Source of the DNA: Rickettsiales bacterium
GTDB lineage: Bacteria > Pseudomonadota > Alphaproteobacteria > Rickettsiales > UBA998
NCBI GenBank assembly: GCA_028279475.1
Contig: JANQNR010000019.1
Span: forward strand, 6,044 to 70,043
DNA: 64,000 nt
Direction of reading: 5' to 3'
In this document: positions 9,038 through 19,029 of the stretch, in pieces
How the letters are laid out: every line of letters begins with the position of its first letter
Position numbering within the stretch: position 1 is the first letter of the stretch
Notes under the pieces: model-generated
What the model saw: only the letters and a program-made list of their open reading frames with translations
Database searches by the model: none
What the model was told of the DNA's origin: nothing
Made by a program: the position numbers and the translations under genes

Positions 9038-11414
9038 CGTTGCCGGTCAGTGCCGGCATATAGGTATCTAGTCCGCGCATATTCATTTCACCGACTACCG
9101 TTTCACCAGAGTGTTTGACCAGGAAGTGTCGGTCGTCGCGTTCCATCAATTCCAGATAAGTGAATTCTGCCTCATCCATGCCGAAGACCTGGGTGTACGC
9201 CTCAGTAGCGTCATCATCAGGCATGTAGATGGCGGTTGCGGTAGCCCCTGCCAGCGTTGGCATAAATGGAACGGTTGCGGCCTCTTCCGTATCCTCAATG
9301 GTATGAAGCAGTAGAGCGTTACGGGTGGTCAGCGTATCCAGCCAGGGCTGAATATTGGCGGCCAGGTGGGTCTGACCCAATAGCCGCCATCCTTCTTCCA
9401 ACGCTATAATGGAAGGCTGTCCATCCAGGCGGTCGGTAATCAGTTGTAACAATAAGGGCAGGCAGGTGGCCTGAAGGGCAGGGTCGGTAATCACATCCGT
9501 TAGGTCAAATCCGTAAATTTTCTGCGCCGGTGAGAAAAGCCCATGGCCGTTAGCAGTGAAGACATGGCTATGTGGTCCCCCATTGAGCCAGGGGGAGATA
9601 CTGGCAATATAGCCCGGCGCTATTGTCACCAGTTTCTGGGCGCAAGTCTTGAGGTGTCGGTTAGCTTCCGGCTGAGAATAGGTATGTTCGATAGCCTGAT
9701 TGATAGCTGCCGTGTCTGCCTCGGTGGGATTATAATTCATGGTGCGCGCCAATACCCCAAGCCAGCGGGCGATAAAAACACGGTTGGCTTCGTTATCACT
9801 GAGTGCAAAGGGGTTCAGTAGCGCTGATGGCAGTGCATCCGTTGCCGGGGCAAAACTCACCATATGCCCGCCAAGTGATTGAATAAGCTGATTACCATTG
9901 CGGCTTACATCGCAATAATAAATAGATGGGGAAAACTTCATGCTTTGCGCTAGCAGAAAGTGCATCAGTAGCGCCTTGCCCGACTGAGCTGGGCCAGTAA
10001 TAAAGGTATGTCCTCGATTACCATCATGAAAATTGAAGTAATAGGGGGTGCCGCTGGCGGTATGGAAGGTGGTAACCGCCGACCCCCAGTGATTGTCCTT
10101 AGCCTGCCCTACCGGCATATTGCTCAGATTGGCAAACCCGGCGACATGTGATGTGTTGACCGGGCGCATCCGGCTTACAAACACGAAATTGCCGGGTAAT
10201 TGTGCCCAGTAGGTTTCTTCGAACTTGATGTCTTCACGCACGGCGATCATGCCGTATTTGGCAAAATAGGCAATGGACTTCTTAATATTTTCTTCCAGTA
10301 GCTTGACGGTATCGGAGAGGATAAAAATAGTCAATTGCTGCTCACCAAAATCATTCGGGTTCTGGCGATTACTTTCGACAATCTCCGTCAGTTCGGACAG
10401 GCGGGATATATCGGGATCTTCACTCAGGCGCTGATAGTTATAGAGTTCCTGAAATTCAAACAGAACCTTCTGAGGATTGACGAAGTTGACGCATTGCGTC
10501 ACGATAAATTCCATCGGTAGCTGCAGAAACTGGTCGATGACGTTTAATGACGCTTCCTTATATTCCTTTAATGTTAGAATCGATGCAAAGCGGCGTTTTC
10601 CAAGCGCGGTACGCACTTCCATCGCATTAAAGGCAAAGGTGATTTCCCCAGTGGTCAGATAGGTGCTCATATCCATCTCGACCACGGGCATTGGGCGATC
10701 CACGAAATTAATCAGCTTTTCCAAAAACCGTAGTTGTTCGGAATAGTAAATACCATTTTCTTTGTAGGTAGTCAGGCGCAGAGCTCCATAATCTTTCAAA
10801 TCGTCGAGGATTTTCTCCACCGTTTCATTCAATACGGTGTAAATACCGTCCAGGTACGCATTACGATGTTTCAGATCGATGGAAGGAATCAGGCCGCGCA
10901 TAAAATTATTATCTTTTGAAATACGCGCAGATTGTCCTTCATGGACGATGGTTACAAAGACTTCGTTGACGAACTGATGACTGAAAGCATTTTGTTCAAT
11001 CCAGGCATCATTCAATTCTTTGACGTAACTGCTTTCCGGGAATTCACCGTCCGGCACCACGCTAGTATTTTTGCGAATCGTATGAAACCAGATAGCGAAT
11101 GAGTCGTTTGGAACATGACGCTTCAGTGACTCGCGAATCAGTGAGCGCAATTCTTCCGGGTCATGACCATGCCCGATGGATTCACGGTTCAGACCGGTAA
11201 TTTTAATCGTCTGACATAATTCACCATTTTTAGTGATGATGGTATTATGGTTATATAGGCAGGCGTAGGGGACAAAGTCTGATTCTTCGACATCATCAGT
11301 AATGTCGCGAAAGAACTCCAGATTCTGGTGCTGGAAGCGACGCTTGCCCAGGCCAAACAAAGGTCGCCTTTGCGGTACATAGGCGGTAGGGGGAAGGGTG
11401 TTTTGGTCAAGCAC
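9015..11414 (-). CDS. virB4: VirB4-family T4SS ATPase with degenerate NTP motifs (RvhB4-II-like)
   Basis: PYAC.YN..TIITKNGEL, YWAQLPGN, GTPYYFNFH; Walker A GPAQSGKA, Walker B IALEEGW. Confidence 0.9.
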   Translation of the reverse strand: MLDQNTLPPTAYVPQRRPLFGLGKRRFQHQNLEFFRDITDDVEESDFVPYACLYNHNTIITKNGELCQTIKITGLNRESIGHGHDPEELRSLIRESLKRHVPNDSFAIWFHTIRKNTSVVPDGEFPESSYVKELNDAWIEQNAFSHQFVNEVFVTIVHEGQSARISKDNNFMRGLIPSIDLKHRNAYLDGIYTVLNETVEKILDDLKDYGALRLTTYKENGIYYSEQLRFLEKLINFVDRPMPVVEMDMSTYLTTGEITFAFNAMEVRTALGKRRFASILTLKEYKEASLNVIDQFLQLPMEFIVTQCVNFVNPQKVLFEFQELYNYQRLSEDPDISRLSELTEIVESNRQNPNDFGEQQLTIFILSDTVKLLEENIKKSIAYFAKYGMIAVREDIKFEETYWAQLPGNFVFVSRMRPVNTSHVAGFANLSNMPVGQAKDNHWGSAVTTFHTASGTPYYFNFHDGNRGHTFITGPAQSGKALLMHFLLAQSMKFSPSIYYCDVSRNGNQLIQSLGGHMVSFAPATDALPSALLNPFALSDNEANRVFIARWLGVLARTMNYNPTEADTAAINQAIEHTYSQPEANRHLKTCAQKLVTIAPGYIASISPWLNGGPHSHVFTANGHGLFSPAQKIYGFDLTDVITDPALQATCLPLLLQLITDRLDGQPSIIALEEGWRLLGQTHLAANIQPWLDTLTTRNALLLHTIEDTEEAATVPFMPTLAGATATAIYMPDDDATEAYTQVFGMDEAEFTYLELMERDDRHFLVKHSGETVVGEMNMRGLDTYMPALTGNANLETMP

Positions 11415-11547
11415 TTCTGTTCTGTTCCTTGGCTATAACAACATTGTCGTTATTTTAATCAGTGGTAGGAGGGATTGCAATTCCACCATGATGAATATGC
11501 AGTTGAGTCTAGAGGCTATTTGTAAATGAAGTGATAAGAATACATAC

Positions 11548-11623
11548 AAAAAGGCCACAGTCGAGCCAATCAAAGAAAGGGTGCTGTGACCTTTTGCGAT
11601 GGGCGGGGCATCGCGCCCCGCCC
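11548..11623 (-). terminator. Two hairpins downstream of virB2; the distal one has a U-tract
   Basis: GGGCGGGGC-ATCGC-GCCCCGCCC and CAAAAAGGCCACAG...CTGTGACCTTTTG. Confidence 0.55.
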
Positions 11624-11639
11624 GTGAGAGAAATGCTAC

Positions 11640-11939
11640 CTAGCAGGTACCTGCTGTGGAAGGTTGCAGTTCCGTGATCAATGGTGCTGCACCGAAGACT
11701 ACGGCGACACCCAGACCAACGATAATTGCCATACCCCAGGAGACTTTCCCCATCAGGGCGCCGATACCGATGATGATCACGGCCAGTGTTGCGATACCGC
11801 CACCTACAGGGCCGGTAAACCAGTTAACTACCGCACAAAGCGTGGTACCGATTGGGTTACCAGCAGCGGCCAGTTCCGGAATCATGACAGCAACGGCCAT
11901 AGCCAGGAACGTAAAAAAGTGTTTTGTAGAATTTTTCAT
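11640..11939 (-). CDS. virB2: VirB2/TrbC family pilin
   Basis: Signal peptide, LC.VV.WFTG..GGGIATLAVIIIGIGALMGKVSW, VFGA. Confidence 0.92.
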   Translation of the reverse strand: MKNSTKHFFTFLAMAVAVMIPELAAAGNPIGTTLCAVVNWFTGPVGGGIATLAVIIIGIGALMGKVSWGMAIIVGLGVAVVFGAAPLITELQPSTAGTC

Positions 11940-12008
11940 GTTGAACTCCAATAGTGTGTTAGTTGAACCATAACAACCGTGAGGCTGATTCATCCTGTTA
12001 ACAACTAT

Positions 12009-12042
12009 ACTATATGTCACTTATGTTACAGTTTTCTTACAG
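12009..12042 (-). promoter_or_regulatory. OmpR/PhoB-type direct-repeat box plus -10 element of virB2
   Basis: CTGTAAG-AAAA-CTGTAAC, 10 nt, TATAGT. Confidence 0.6.
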
Positions 12043-12179
12043 TCAGTGTAATTTTTGTCATTTTATTTTAAAAAAAGCGATTTTTTACTTATAAATTTTA
12101 GTAAAATTATTTGATTCATCAAGTATTGCAGGCTGATCACAAAAAGTGTCAAGTTGCCTAATTTATGGTAACTTTTATG

Positions 12180-13553
12180 TTATCTACGGACAACTAGTTG
12201 CGAAAACGCATCACTTACGGCTTTGGCGCCACGTTTATCAATGCCGCCAGGCGTATCGCGGAGATTACCAATGAACCGGCCTCCAAAGGCTCCAATGCCT
12301 TGTGTCAGGGCATTGCCTCCACCCCTCAATCCGGCATTTCCAAGTGCCGGCATGAGTCCACCACCGGCGACGAAGCGCGCGACTTCCGGCGCTGCTTTAA
12401 GGATGACTTCAACCAGATAGGCCATCACGGCTAGGATAATAATTTCCTGTCCTACCCAGTCGATAAAGGCACCCATACCACCCACTTGTACATTGGTTGG
12501 GGTAATTGGATCGCCGGTGCAGGTGTCTGCCTGCGTTGGGGAGCCAAGTGCAGCCGAGGCGCAGATGGTACACCAGTTGTTAAAGTCCAGCCGTTGTCCG
12601 TCATGGAACGCTACCCGATCATAGGGGCGTACCGTATCCATGGCGCCCTGTAATTTGGATTCGAAGGGTAGAGACAACACCACGGCGATAAAGCTGAAGA
12701 CGATAAAGATTTGCATGGCGAATCCTAATAAATAGGACAGCCATTTTTCAAAATAGCTGGTCGTAATGCGGAAGAAGGCAAAAGCCATAAATACTGGCGC
12801 CAATGTGGTAAGAAACATGATGCCGGTAATAGCCACCAGGTAGCCCAGTACGGTACGGATAAAGACCATAATAAGCTGGATCAGTAAGTAGAGCGCCATG
12901 GCGAAGATGGGTGGCATGGTAATGGCCAGTCCAAAAAGTAACGCTAGTATGTCGCTATCACAGGTTTGGTTGGTTTGCGCTGCATCTTGTGTTGTGAGGA
13001 AATTGTTTAGCTGTTGATCCATCCATACGAAAATTCCGTTCACAGAGCCTTGGTCAGGCGCTAAAACCCTGACAACTGTGTTGGTCGTATCGTACATAAA
13101 GCCAATCAAGCCCTGATACAGCAAATCAATCAACAGTTCTGGATACATGGCAAACCCGGAGACAATAGCAATTTTGGCCAGAATAATCATGATGTCGCGG
13201 GTCGTGAAGGGCAGCATGCCGAGTGCGAACATTGCTCCCATGGCAATGACAAAGAGCGTCATGGCGGCAAAGAATGGTTCCTGGAAATAGGTGAGCATGG
13301 CGAAATACATATTCGTCATCACCTGGTCGACAATTTCCTGATAGCTACAGACGAAACCGGAGAACATGTTGTCTAGTCCCGGTGCCTGACAATTACCGAT
13401 ATCGCCACTATAGAGCGTTTGTACTGCTCCGCCGCCGCCAACACTGCCCCCAACTCCACCACCGGCATAAGCGTTGGGTGCCAGAAGCATGCATGTCAGC
13501 GTCAGCATCCATAAAACGCGGGGTAAGAAAGAGTAGTAAAACCTTATGCTCAT
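12180..13553 (-). CDS. virB6: VirB6/TrbL family T4SS membrane protein
   Basis: Signal-like N-terminus; central hydrophobic VirB6 region (LAPVFMAFAFFRITTSYFEKWL..LLGFAMQ); next to virB2/virB4. Confidence 0.85.
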   Translation of the reverse strand: MSIRFYYSFLPRVLWMLTLTCMLLAPNAYAGGGVGGSVGGGGAVQTLYSGDIGNCQAPGLDNMFSGFVCSYQEIVDQVMTNMYFAMLTYFQEPFFAAMTLFVIAMGAMFALGMLPFTTRDIMIILAKIAIVSGFAMYPELLIDLLYQGLIGFMYDTTNTVVRVLAPDQGSVNGIFVWMDQQLNNFLTTQDAAQTNQTCDSDILALLFGLAITMPPIFAMALYLLIQLIMVFIRTVLGYLVAITGIMFLTTLAPVFMAFAFFRITTSYFEKWLSYLLGFAMQIFIVFSFIAVVLSLPFESKLQGAMDTVRPYDRVAFHDGQRLDFNNWCTICASAALGSPTQADTCTGDPITPTNVQVGGMGAFIDWVGQEIIILAVMAYLVEVILKAAPEVARFVAGGGLMPALGNAGLRGGGNALTQGIGAFGGRFIGNLRDTPGGIDKRGAKAVSDAFSQLVVRR

Positions 13554-13608
13554 CGGAAATGTTTGTCCATTACACATTGCATCACACTAAATTTTACTAC
13601 AGTTTTAT

Positions 13609-13623
13609 TTAAAAATCACTTAA
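13609..13623. promoter_or_regulatory. CtrA-type box upstream of virB6
   Basis: TTAA-AAATCAC-TTAA (TTAA-N7-TTAA). Confidence 0.5.
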
Positions 13624-13884
13624 TTTTTACTTGGAAGCGGAGAGGTGAGAGTGATGGCGTTGCTTCTTGCTGGACAATGGCTGGTAATTCTTTCATACTA
13701 CTTGCGTTATGAGTTTAGGCATCTGGCAATTATTACTGATTCTTCTGGTCGTGCTCTTGTTATTCGGGGCAGGGCGCTTGCCGCGTGTGATGGGCGACAT
13801 CGGCAAAGGGGTGCGTTCGTTAAAAGCCGGGCTGAAAGAGGAAGGCGAGTCCAAGCCGTCCCAGATTGATGATAAACGCGACGC

Positions 13885-14673
13885 CTAAATCGCAAACCAG
13901 ATTACTTGCCAGCTTTTAGGTGGGTTCAGTGCCGTAGCAATTCCTAAGAACAATACATAATGGACTGCATAGTAATAATGCGTGTTGCGTCCGGTATAGC
14001 GGATCAGGGGTGACAGTGCTGGGACATCAGAGTAGCGGGGATGAGTTTGGCGTTGGAAATGATGTAGCCCCCAGATGATTGGTATCATACCGATAGCCAT
14101 GACACCTCCCTGTACCGGTGTCATGCCGAAAGAGGCATGTTGTACGATCATGAACAGGATGGTAGCGACAATAAGCGTCACGGCACCAAGCCAGTGCCCC
14201 GGCAAGGCGCGGCGATAGAAGCCCGCCAGTGTAAACAGGAATACCTGGGTACCATATTCAAAAAATTTAAAGGTGAGCGGCAACAGTGCAAGACAACAGG
14301 CGGTAAACATGGCGACCATGAACAGATCCTTGTCATAGGACTCAATCCGGGTAATCAGCCAGCGAGCGATCAGGATGGTGACCAATATGTTGAGTGGGAA
14401 GATGGGGCTGACCAGTATCAGATCCGCAGCAATCATGAGGCCAGCCAGCCACCAGACGTCACGTGGAGTAGAAGAAGGACGGGCATAACCGGCCAGAAAA
14501 AACCAGATGGGTACGCACCAGCGCCCGATCACCCTCCACCAGAGATTATCTTCATCAAAGAAAAAACCAAGATGATCGATGGTCATCAAAGCCACTGCCA
14601 TAACTTTAAACAGGTCATGCTGCGTGACAGCCATCCCATATTTCAGGGCATTTTCTCGAATTGGGTTGCGCAT
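13885..14673 (-). CDS. traX: TraX-family membrane protein (pilin acetylase-like)
   Basis: DLFKVMAVALMTIDHLG, WRVIGR...PIWFFL.GY, LNILVT, EYG, YY.VH motifs. Confidence 0.72.
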   Translation of the reverse strand: MRNPIRENALKYGMAVTQHDLFKVMAVALMTIDHLGFFFDEDNLWWRVIGRWCVPIWFFLAGYARPSSTPRDVWWLAGLMIAADLILVSPIFPLNILVTILIARWLITRIESYDKDLFMVAMFTACCLALLPLTFKFFEYGTQVFLFTLAGFYRRALPGHWLGAVTLIVATILFMIVQHASFGMTPVQGGVMAIGMIPIIWGLHHFQRQTHPRYSDVPALSPLIRYTGRNTHYYYAVHYVLFLGIATALNPPKSWQVIWFAI

Positions 14674-14801
14674 AGACCATCTTTCACTTGAAACGCTTAA
14701 AAATGCGTTACTACTATAGGAGTATAAATATTACTAACAGCGTTTTGCACTGCCTTGGATTCCAAATAAAGTGCGGTGCTAACGCAAAAAGGGAGACTAT
14801 T

Positions 14802-14975
14802 ATGGGGTTTAAGGGGTTTGTTGGGCTGATTGTATTAGCGCTAATCATCATTTCCTATATGAACATCAAGAATCATAACCCGCTTAGCCGAGATCGCTAC
14901 GAGGAACGGCGAAGTGGTGATGGTATGATCGAGGATTATGGGAGTTATGGCGATCCGCAACGGCGAGAAAAATAG
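14802..14975 (+). CDS. Small single-TM hypothetical protein
   Basis: RBS GGGAG; 57 aa; N-terminal TM helix then charged tail. Confidence 0.55.
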   Translation: MGFKGFVGLIVLALIIISYMNIKNHNPLSRDRYEERRSGDGMIEDYGSYGDPQRREK

Positions 14976-14988
14976 CTGAACTAACTAC

Positions 14989-15387
14989 TTAGTCATCAAT
15001 ATCTTCATCCATGCCTTCAAACGACATGTGCTGCTCAAGATCCTCGCCCGCTTCAATCGGTTGTTCCTGTGCGTCTTTGAAGGCTTCATCCACATCGCCA
15101 CTGACGGCCGAAGCGGCAATGGCCTCGTCGCTGGCTTCTTCGGGAGCTACGGATTCTGACATTTTATAGGTGGAATAAGAGGCAACAACTTCCTGTTCAA
15201 TGGTTTCCAGTTCAATCGTCTGTTCTGCGATTTCCCGCAACGCAACCACGGCGTCCTTATCGTTGTCACGATCTAGTGTTAATGCCGCACCGGATGCAAT
15301 CTGCTTGCCCCGTTGAGCAGCTAATGCCACTAACTCAAAACGATTTGGAATGACTTCCACACAATCTTCAACCGTCACCCGCGCCAT
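14989..15387 (-). CDS. rpoZ: RNA polymerase omega subunit
   Basis: MARVTVEDC...[23 protein letters not shown]. Confidence 0.97.
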   Translation of the reverse strand: MARVTVEDCVEVIPNRFELVALAAQRGKQIASGAALTLDRDNDKDAVVALREIAEQTIELETIEQEVVASYSTYKMSESVAPEEASDEAIAASAVSGDVDEAFKDAQEQPIEAGEDLEQHMSFEGMDEDIDD

Positions 15388-15487
15388 ATATTTTCTCTCA
15401 ATTTGTTGCTAATCCATGAAACAGACATTGCTTTATAGCGGTAATCGGCTACATTACAATAGAAAAAACAATGTATAGGATCAAGGG

Positions 15488-16417
15488 ATGACGGACATTG
15501 TGCCATTGATGGAACATAAAGCGGCGGATGCGCCGCGTTTGCCCAAGCCGGATTGGATTCGGGTTAAAGCGCCGGTATCACAGGAATACAAGAATACGCG
15601 TGACTTAATGCGCGAAAAACGCCTCAATACAGTGTGTGAGGAAGCAGCCTGCCCGAATATCGGTGAATGCTGGACGAAGAAACATGCGACCGTGATGATT
15701 CTGGGTAGCGTTTGTACCCGTGCTTGCGCGTTCTGCAATGTGCAGACTGGGCGTCCCGATCAGCTTGATCCACATGAACCGGACAATCTGGCAGAGGCCA
15801 CACGCGAATTGGGACTCAAGCATATGGTGATTACGTCGGTCGATCGAGATGATCTGCCGGACGGTGGCGCAGAACATTTTGCCCGCTGTATTCATAAGAT
15901 TCGCATGGCATCACCGGGTACGACGATTGAAATTCTTACCCCGGATTTTCTGCGTAAGGATGGCGCCATTGAAACTGTCGTAGCAGCTAAGCCGGACGTC
16001 TATAACCATAACGTGGAGACAGTGCCGCGCCTGTATAAATCCATTCGTCCGGGGGCGCGTTATTTTCATTCACTCAATCTGCTGAAGCGCGTGAAGGAAT
16101 TGGATCCGTCGATGTTCACCAAGTCCGGGCTAATGGTCGGCTTGGGCGAAACGAAAGACGAAGTGTTGCAGGTGATGGACGATATGCGTAGTGCCGATGT
16201 CGATTTCATCACCATTGGTCAGTATCTGCAACCCACGCCACGTCATGCGAAGGTCGAGCGTTATGTCACGCCCGACGAGTTCCGTTATTACAAGCGCATG
16301 GCGAAAGCGAAAGGTTTTCTGATGGTAGCTGCAAGTCCACTGACGCGTTCGTCCTACCATGCCGGTGATGATTTTGAGGCGATGCGCCGGGAGCGCGAGG
16401 CGCGGTTGGCCGGATAG
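15488..16417 (+). CDS. lipA: Lipoyl synthase
   Basis: [26 protein letters not shown]. Confidence 0.97.
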   Translation: MTDIVPLMEHKAADAPRLPKPDWIRVKAPVSQEYKNTRDLMREKRLNTVCEEAACPNIGECWTKKHATVMILGSVCTRACAFCNVQTGRPDQLDPHEPDNLAEATRELGLKHMVITSVDRDDLPDGGAEHFARCIHKIRMASPGTTIEILTPDFLRKDGAIETVVAAKPDVYNHNVETVPRLYKSIRPGARYFHSLNLLKRVKELDPSMFTKSGLMVGLGETKDEVLQVMDDMRSADVDFITIGQYLQPTPRHAKVERYVTPDEFRYYKRMAKAKGFLMVAASPLTRSSYHAGDDFEAMRREREARLAG

Positions 16418-16425
16418 CAATTTCG

Positions 16426-16872
16426 ATGGTTGCACATCATATTCAAGAGTCCGTACCATATACGCCGGCGCAGATTTATGATCTGGTGCTGGATGTGGAG
16501 CGTTATCCGGAGTTTATCCCCTGGTGCCGGGCGGCGCGGATTCTGTCGCACGAAGCCGACGGTAGTTTTCATACAGAACTGGTCATCGCCTTTAAGCATA
16601 TTCGGGAAAGTTATGTCTCGCGGGTGCAGGGCGATGCATCGGCGTATGTGATTGATGTGACGATGGAGCGCGGCCCGTTTCATCACCTGACGAATCATTG
16701 GGAATTGCTGCCGCAGGAGGATGGCGGCTGTCTGATTGACTTCCATATCGATTTTGAATTCAAGACGAAATTACTGGATAAACTCATCGGCGGATTGTTC
16801 AACCGGGCGACGCAGAAAATGGTACATGCTTTCCGCACCCGCGCTGATGACTTATATGGGGAAAAGAAATAA
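16426..16872 (+). CDS. RatA/PasT/Coq10-like START-domain protein
   Basis: LVLDVERYPEFIPWC, GPF.HL.N.W, F..RA..LYG; usual neighbour of lipA. Confidence 0.9.
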   Translation: MVAHHIQESVPYTPAQIYDLVLDVERYPEFIPWCRAARILSHEADGSFHTELVIAFKHIRESYVSRVQGDASAYVIDVTMERGPFHHLTNHWELLPQEDGGCLIDFHIDFEFKTKLLDKLIGGLFNRATQKMVHAFRTRADDLYGEKK

Positions 16873-16947
16873 CTTCATCTATACTCGTTCAACTTTATAA
16901 TTCCCTGAAACAGGAAAATATAAAGTTGAACTGCTATATGTCATGCA

Positions 16948-16985
16948 TTGACAAAGACGACAAATGTTGTGTATTATATACACAA
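16948..16985 (+). promoter_or_regulatory. hicAB promoter with palindromic operator
   Basis: TTGACA-18-TATTAT; inverted repeat TTGTGTAT-TAT-ATACACAA at 16967-16985 overlapping the -10 and the start codon. Confidence 0.7.
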
Positions 16986-17176
16986 TGAACAGCCGGGATG
17001 TTATCAAAATGCTGAAACGGGATGGCTGGGAAATGGTACGTGTCACCGGTTCACATCATCATTTCCGTCATCCGTCCAAGCCCGGCACGGTGACTGTGCC
17101 GCATCCTAAAAAGGATATAGCAAAAGGAACATTAAAAAGCATTTTGAAGCAGGCTTCGTTGAAGGAGGAAAAGTAG
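16985..17176 (+). CDS. hicA: HicA toxin (mRNA interferase)
   Basis: L..DGW...R..GSHH.F.HP...G.VTVPHPKKD...GTLKSILKQA. Confidence 0.95.
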   Translation: MNSRDVIKMLKRDGWEMVRVTGSHHHFRHPSKPGTVTVPHPKKDIAKGTLKSILKQASLKEEK

Positions 17177-17177
17177 C

Positions 17178-17570
17178 ATGCACCATTTTATCGGCATCGT
17201 CCATAAAGGCGAAGATACGGATTACGGGATTTGTTTTCCTGATTTTCCGGGATGTATTAGCGCAGGTAGCACCATGGAAGAGTTAATTGCCATGGCGCGT
17301 GAGGCGTTGCAGGCACATATCCATGTCATGCAGGAGTTTGGCGACCCGTTACCGGAAGCCCCGATGACATTTGAAGCGGTGTGCCGGCATGAGTTAGCTG
17401 AAGATGCTGCATTGTTTGTAACGATTGAAGCGCGTTTGCCGTCAAAGAGCAAGCGGGTGAATGTGGTGCTGGATGAACATTTACTGGATGATATTGCCGC
17501 TGTGAGCAATAACCGCTCCGCTTTTTTAGCCGAAGCGGCGCGTCACTATCTGGAAAAGCGCTATTGCTAG
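17178..17570 (+). CDS. hicB: HicB antitoxin
   Basis: YG..FPDFPGC.SAG.T.EE...A.EAL; C-terminal RHH (RVNV.L...LL..I...NRSAFLAEAA). Confidence 0.95.
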   Translation: MHHFIGIVHKGEDTDYGICFPDFPGCISAGSTMEELIAMAREALQAHIHVMQEFGDPLPEAPMTFEAVCRHELAEDAALFVTIEARLPSKSKRVNVVLDEHLLDDIAAVSNNRSAFLAEAARHYLEKRYC

Positions 17571-17647
17571 TAGTACAATAATTTTTAGCGATTTATCACG
17601 TCACCTAATCCCTTGTCACATGCATTGACCTTCCCTATGGTGCGCGG

Positions 17648-18397
17648 ATGAATGATGATAAAAGGAAAACCTACGGATGGGATGAGAACATCCGCACCAT
17701 GGCTTATGCAATCCTGCTGGCGCTGGTGTTTCGCTCGTTGGCATTCGAGCCGTTCCATATTCCCTCCAGCTCGATGAAAGATACATTGCTGATCGGCGAT
17801 TATGTGTTCGTATCCAAATATTCGTATGGCTATAGCCGCTATTCGTTCCCGTTCGGGCTGGATCTGTTTGAGGGGCGCATCGGTAGTGATGCCCGCCCGG
17901 AGCGCGGCGATGTCGTCGTGTTCCGCCTGCCATCCAATCCGAAAGTGGATTTCATCAAGCGCGTAGTTGGGGTGCCGGGTGATACGGTGCAGATGATCGA
18001 CGGGGTACTGCACCTAAACGGGTTGCCGGTGGATATGGATCGTGTGAGTAACTTTACCGACCGTCTGGAAGACGGCACACTGGCCGATCTGCGCCGTTAT
18101 ACCGAGACATTGCCGGGTGGCCGGTCACATAGCGTGCTGGACGCCAACCCGCAAAGCGAAGTGGATAATACACCGGTTTATACGGTGCCGGAGGGGCATT
18201 ATTTCATGATGGGCGACAATCGTGATAATTCCATGGACAGTCGCTTTAGCGAACAGGTCGGGTTTGTCCCGGAAGAAAACCTGATCGGGCGGGCGGAAAT
18301 CATCTTTTTCTCAATTGATGACCGCACCAGCATCTGGAAAATCTGGGATTGGGTGTGGGCGATGCGCACGGATCGGCTCATCAAGGACATCCGATGA
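17648..18397 (+). CDS. lepB: Signal peptidase I
   Basis: IPSSSM.DTL, FIKRVVG.PGD, MMGDNRDNS.DSR. Confidence 0.96.
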   Translation: MNDDKRKTYGWDENIRTMAYAILLALVFRSLAFEPFHIPSSSMKDTLLIGDYVFVSKYSYGYSRYSFPFGLDLFEGRIGSDARPERGDVVVFRLPSNPKVDFIKRVVGVPGDTVQMIDGVLHLNGLPVDMDRVSNFTDRLEDGTLADLRRYTETLPGGRSHSVLDANPQSEVDNTPVYTVPEGHYFMMGDNRDNSMDSRFSEQVGFVPEENLIGRAEIIFFSIDDRTSIWKIWDWVWAMRTDRLIKDIR

Positions 18398-19029
18398 GAG
18401 ATCAGTTTGCCAATTCGGAACTCTATGATCTGGCAATGACACATCGTTCGCTGGGCGCAGAGACCAATAACCAGCGGCTGGAGTTTCTGGGCGACCGGGT
18501 GCTAGGGCTGGTTGTCGCAGAAATGATCTACCAGACATTCCCGGACGCACGCGAAGGCGATATGGCTAAGCGGCATGCAGCGCTGGTATGTGGGGAGACG
18601 TTAGCGCAAGTGGCTCGGAAGATTGGATTGGGGCAGGCCATCCTGCTTGCCGATAGTGAAGAAGCTGGAGGCGGGCGCGATAATGTATCCAACCTGGAAG
18701 ATGTGTGTGAGGCATTGATCGGGGCATTCTATCTGGATGGTGGGCTGGAGAAAGCAGCAGATTTTATTCGTATGCACTGGACGCCGTTACTCACGCAAAT
18801 GACTACGCCGCCGAAAGATGCCAAGACCGCGTTACAGGAATGGGCGCAGGGGCGGGGATTGTCGTTGCCTGTCTATACGGAAACGAAGCGTGATGGGCCG
18901 GATCATGCGCCCATCTTCACGATTGAAGTGGTGGTAGAAAAGCATGGCTCGGCAGTTGGACGGGCTGCATCCAAACGTGCAGCAGAGCAGGAAGCGGCGC
19001 AAGCGTTGCTGGAGCGTCTGCTAGCATGA
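18394..19029 (+). CDS. rnc: Ribonuclease III
   Basis: NQRLEFLGDRVLG, D..EALIGA.YLDGG, dsRBD; ATGA overlap with lepB. Confidence 0.96.
   Translation: MRDQFANSELYDLAMTHRSLGAETNNQRLEFLGDRVLGLVVAEMIYQTFPDAREGDMAKRHAALVCGETLAQVARKIGLGQAILLADSEEAGGGRDNVSNLEDVCEALIGAFYLDGGLEKAADFIRMHWTPLLTQMTTPPKDAKTALQEWAQGRGLSLPVYTETKRDGPDHAPIFTIEVVVEKHGSAVGRAASKRAAEQEAAQALLERLLA

Noticed and set aside
16426-17570. RatA plus HicAB as a compound toxin-antitoxin island
   Set aside because: The RatA-like gene is the conserved Coq10-type START protein that normally follows lipA; hicAB has its own promoter.
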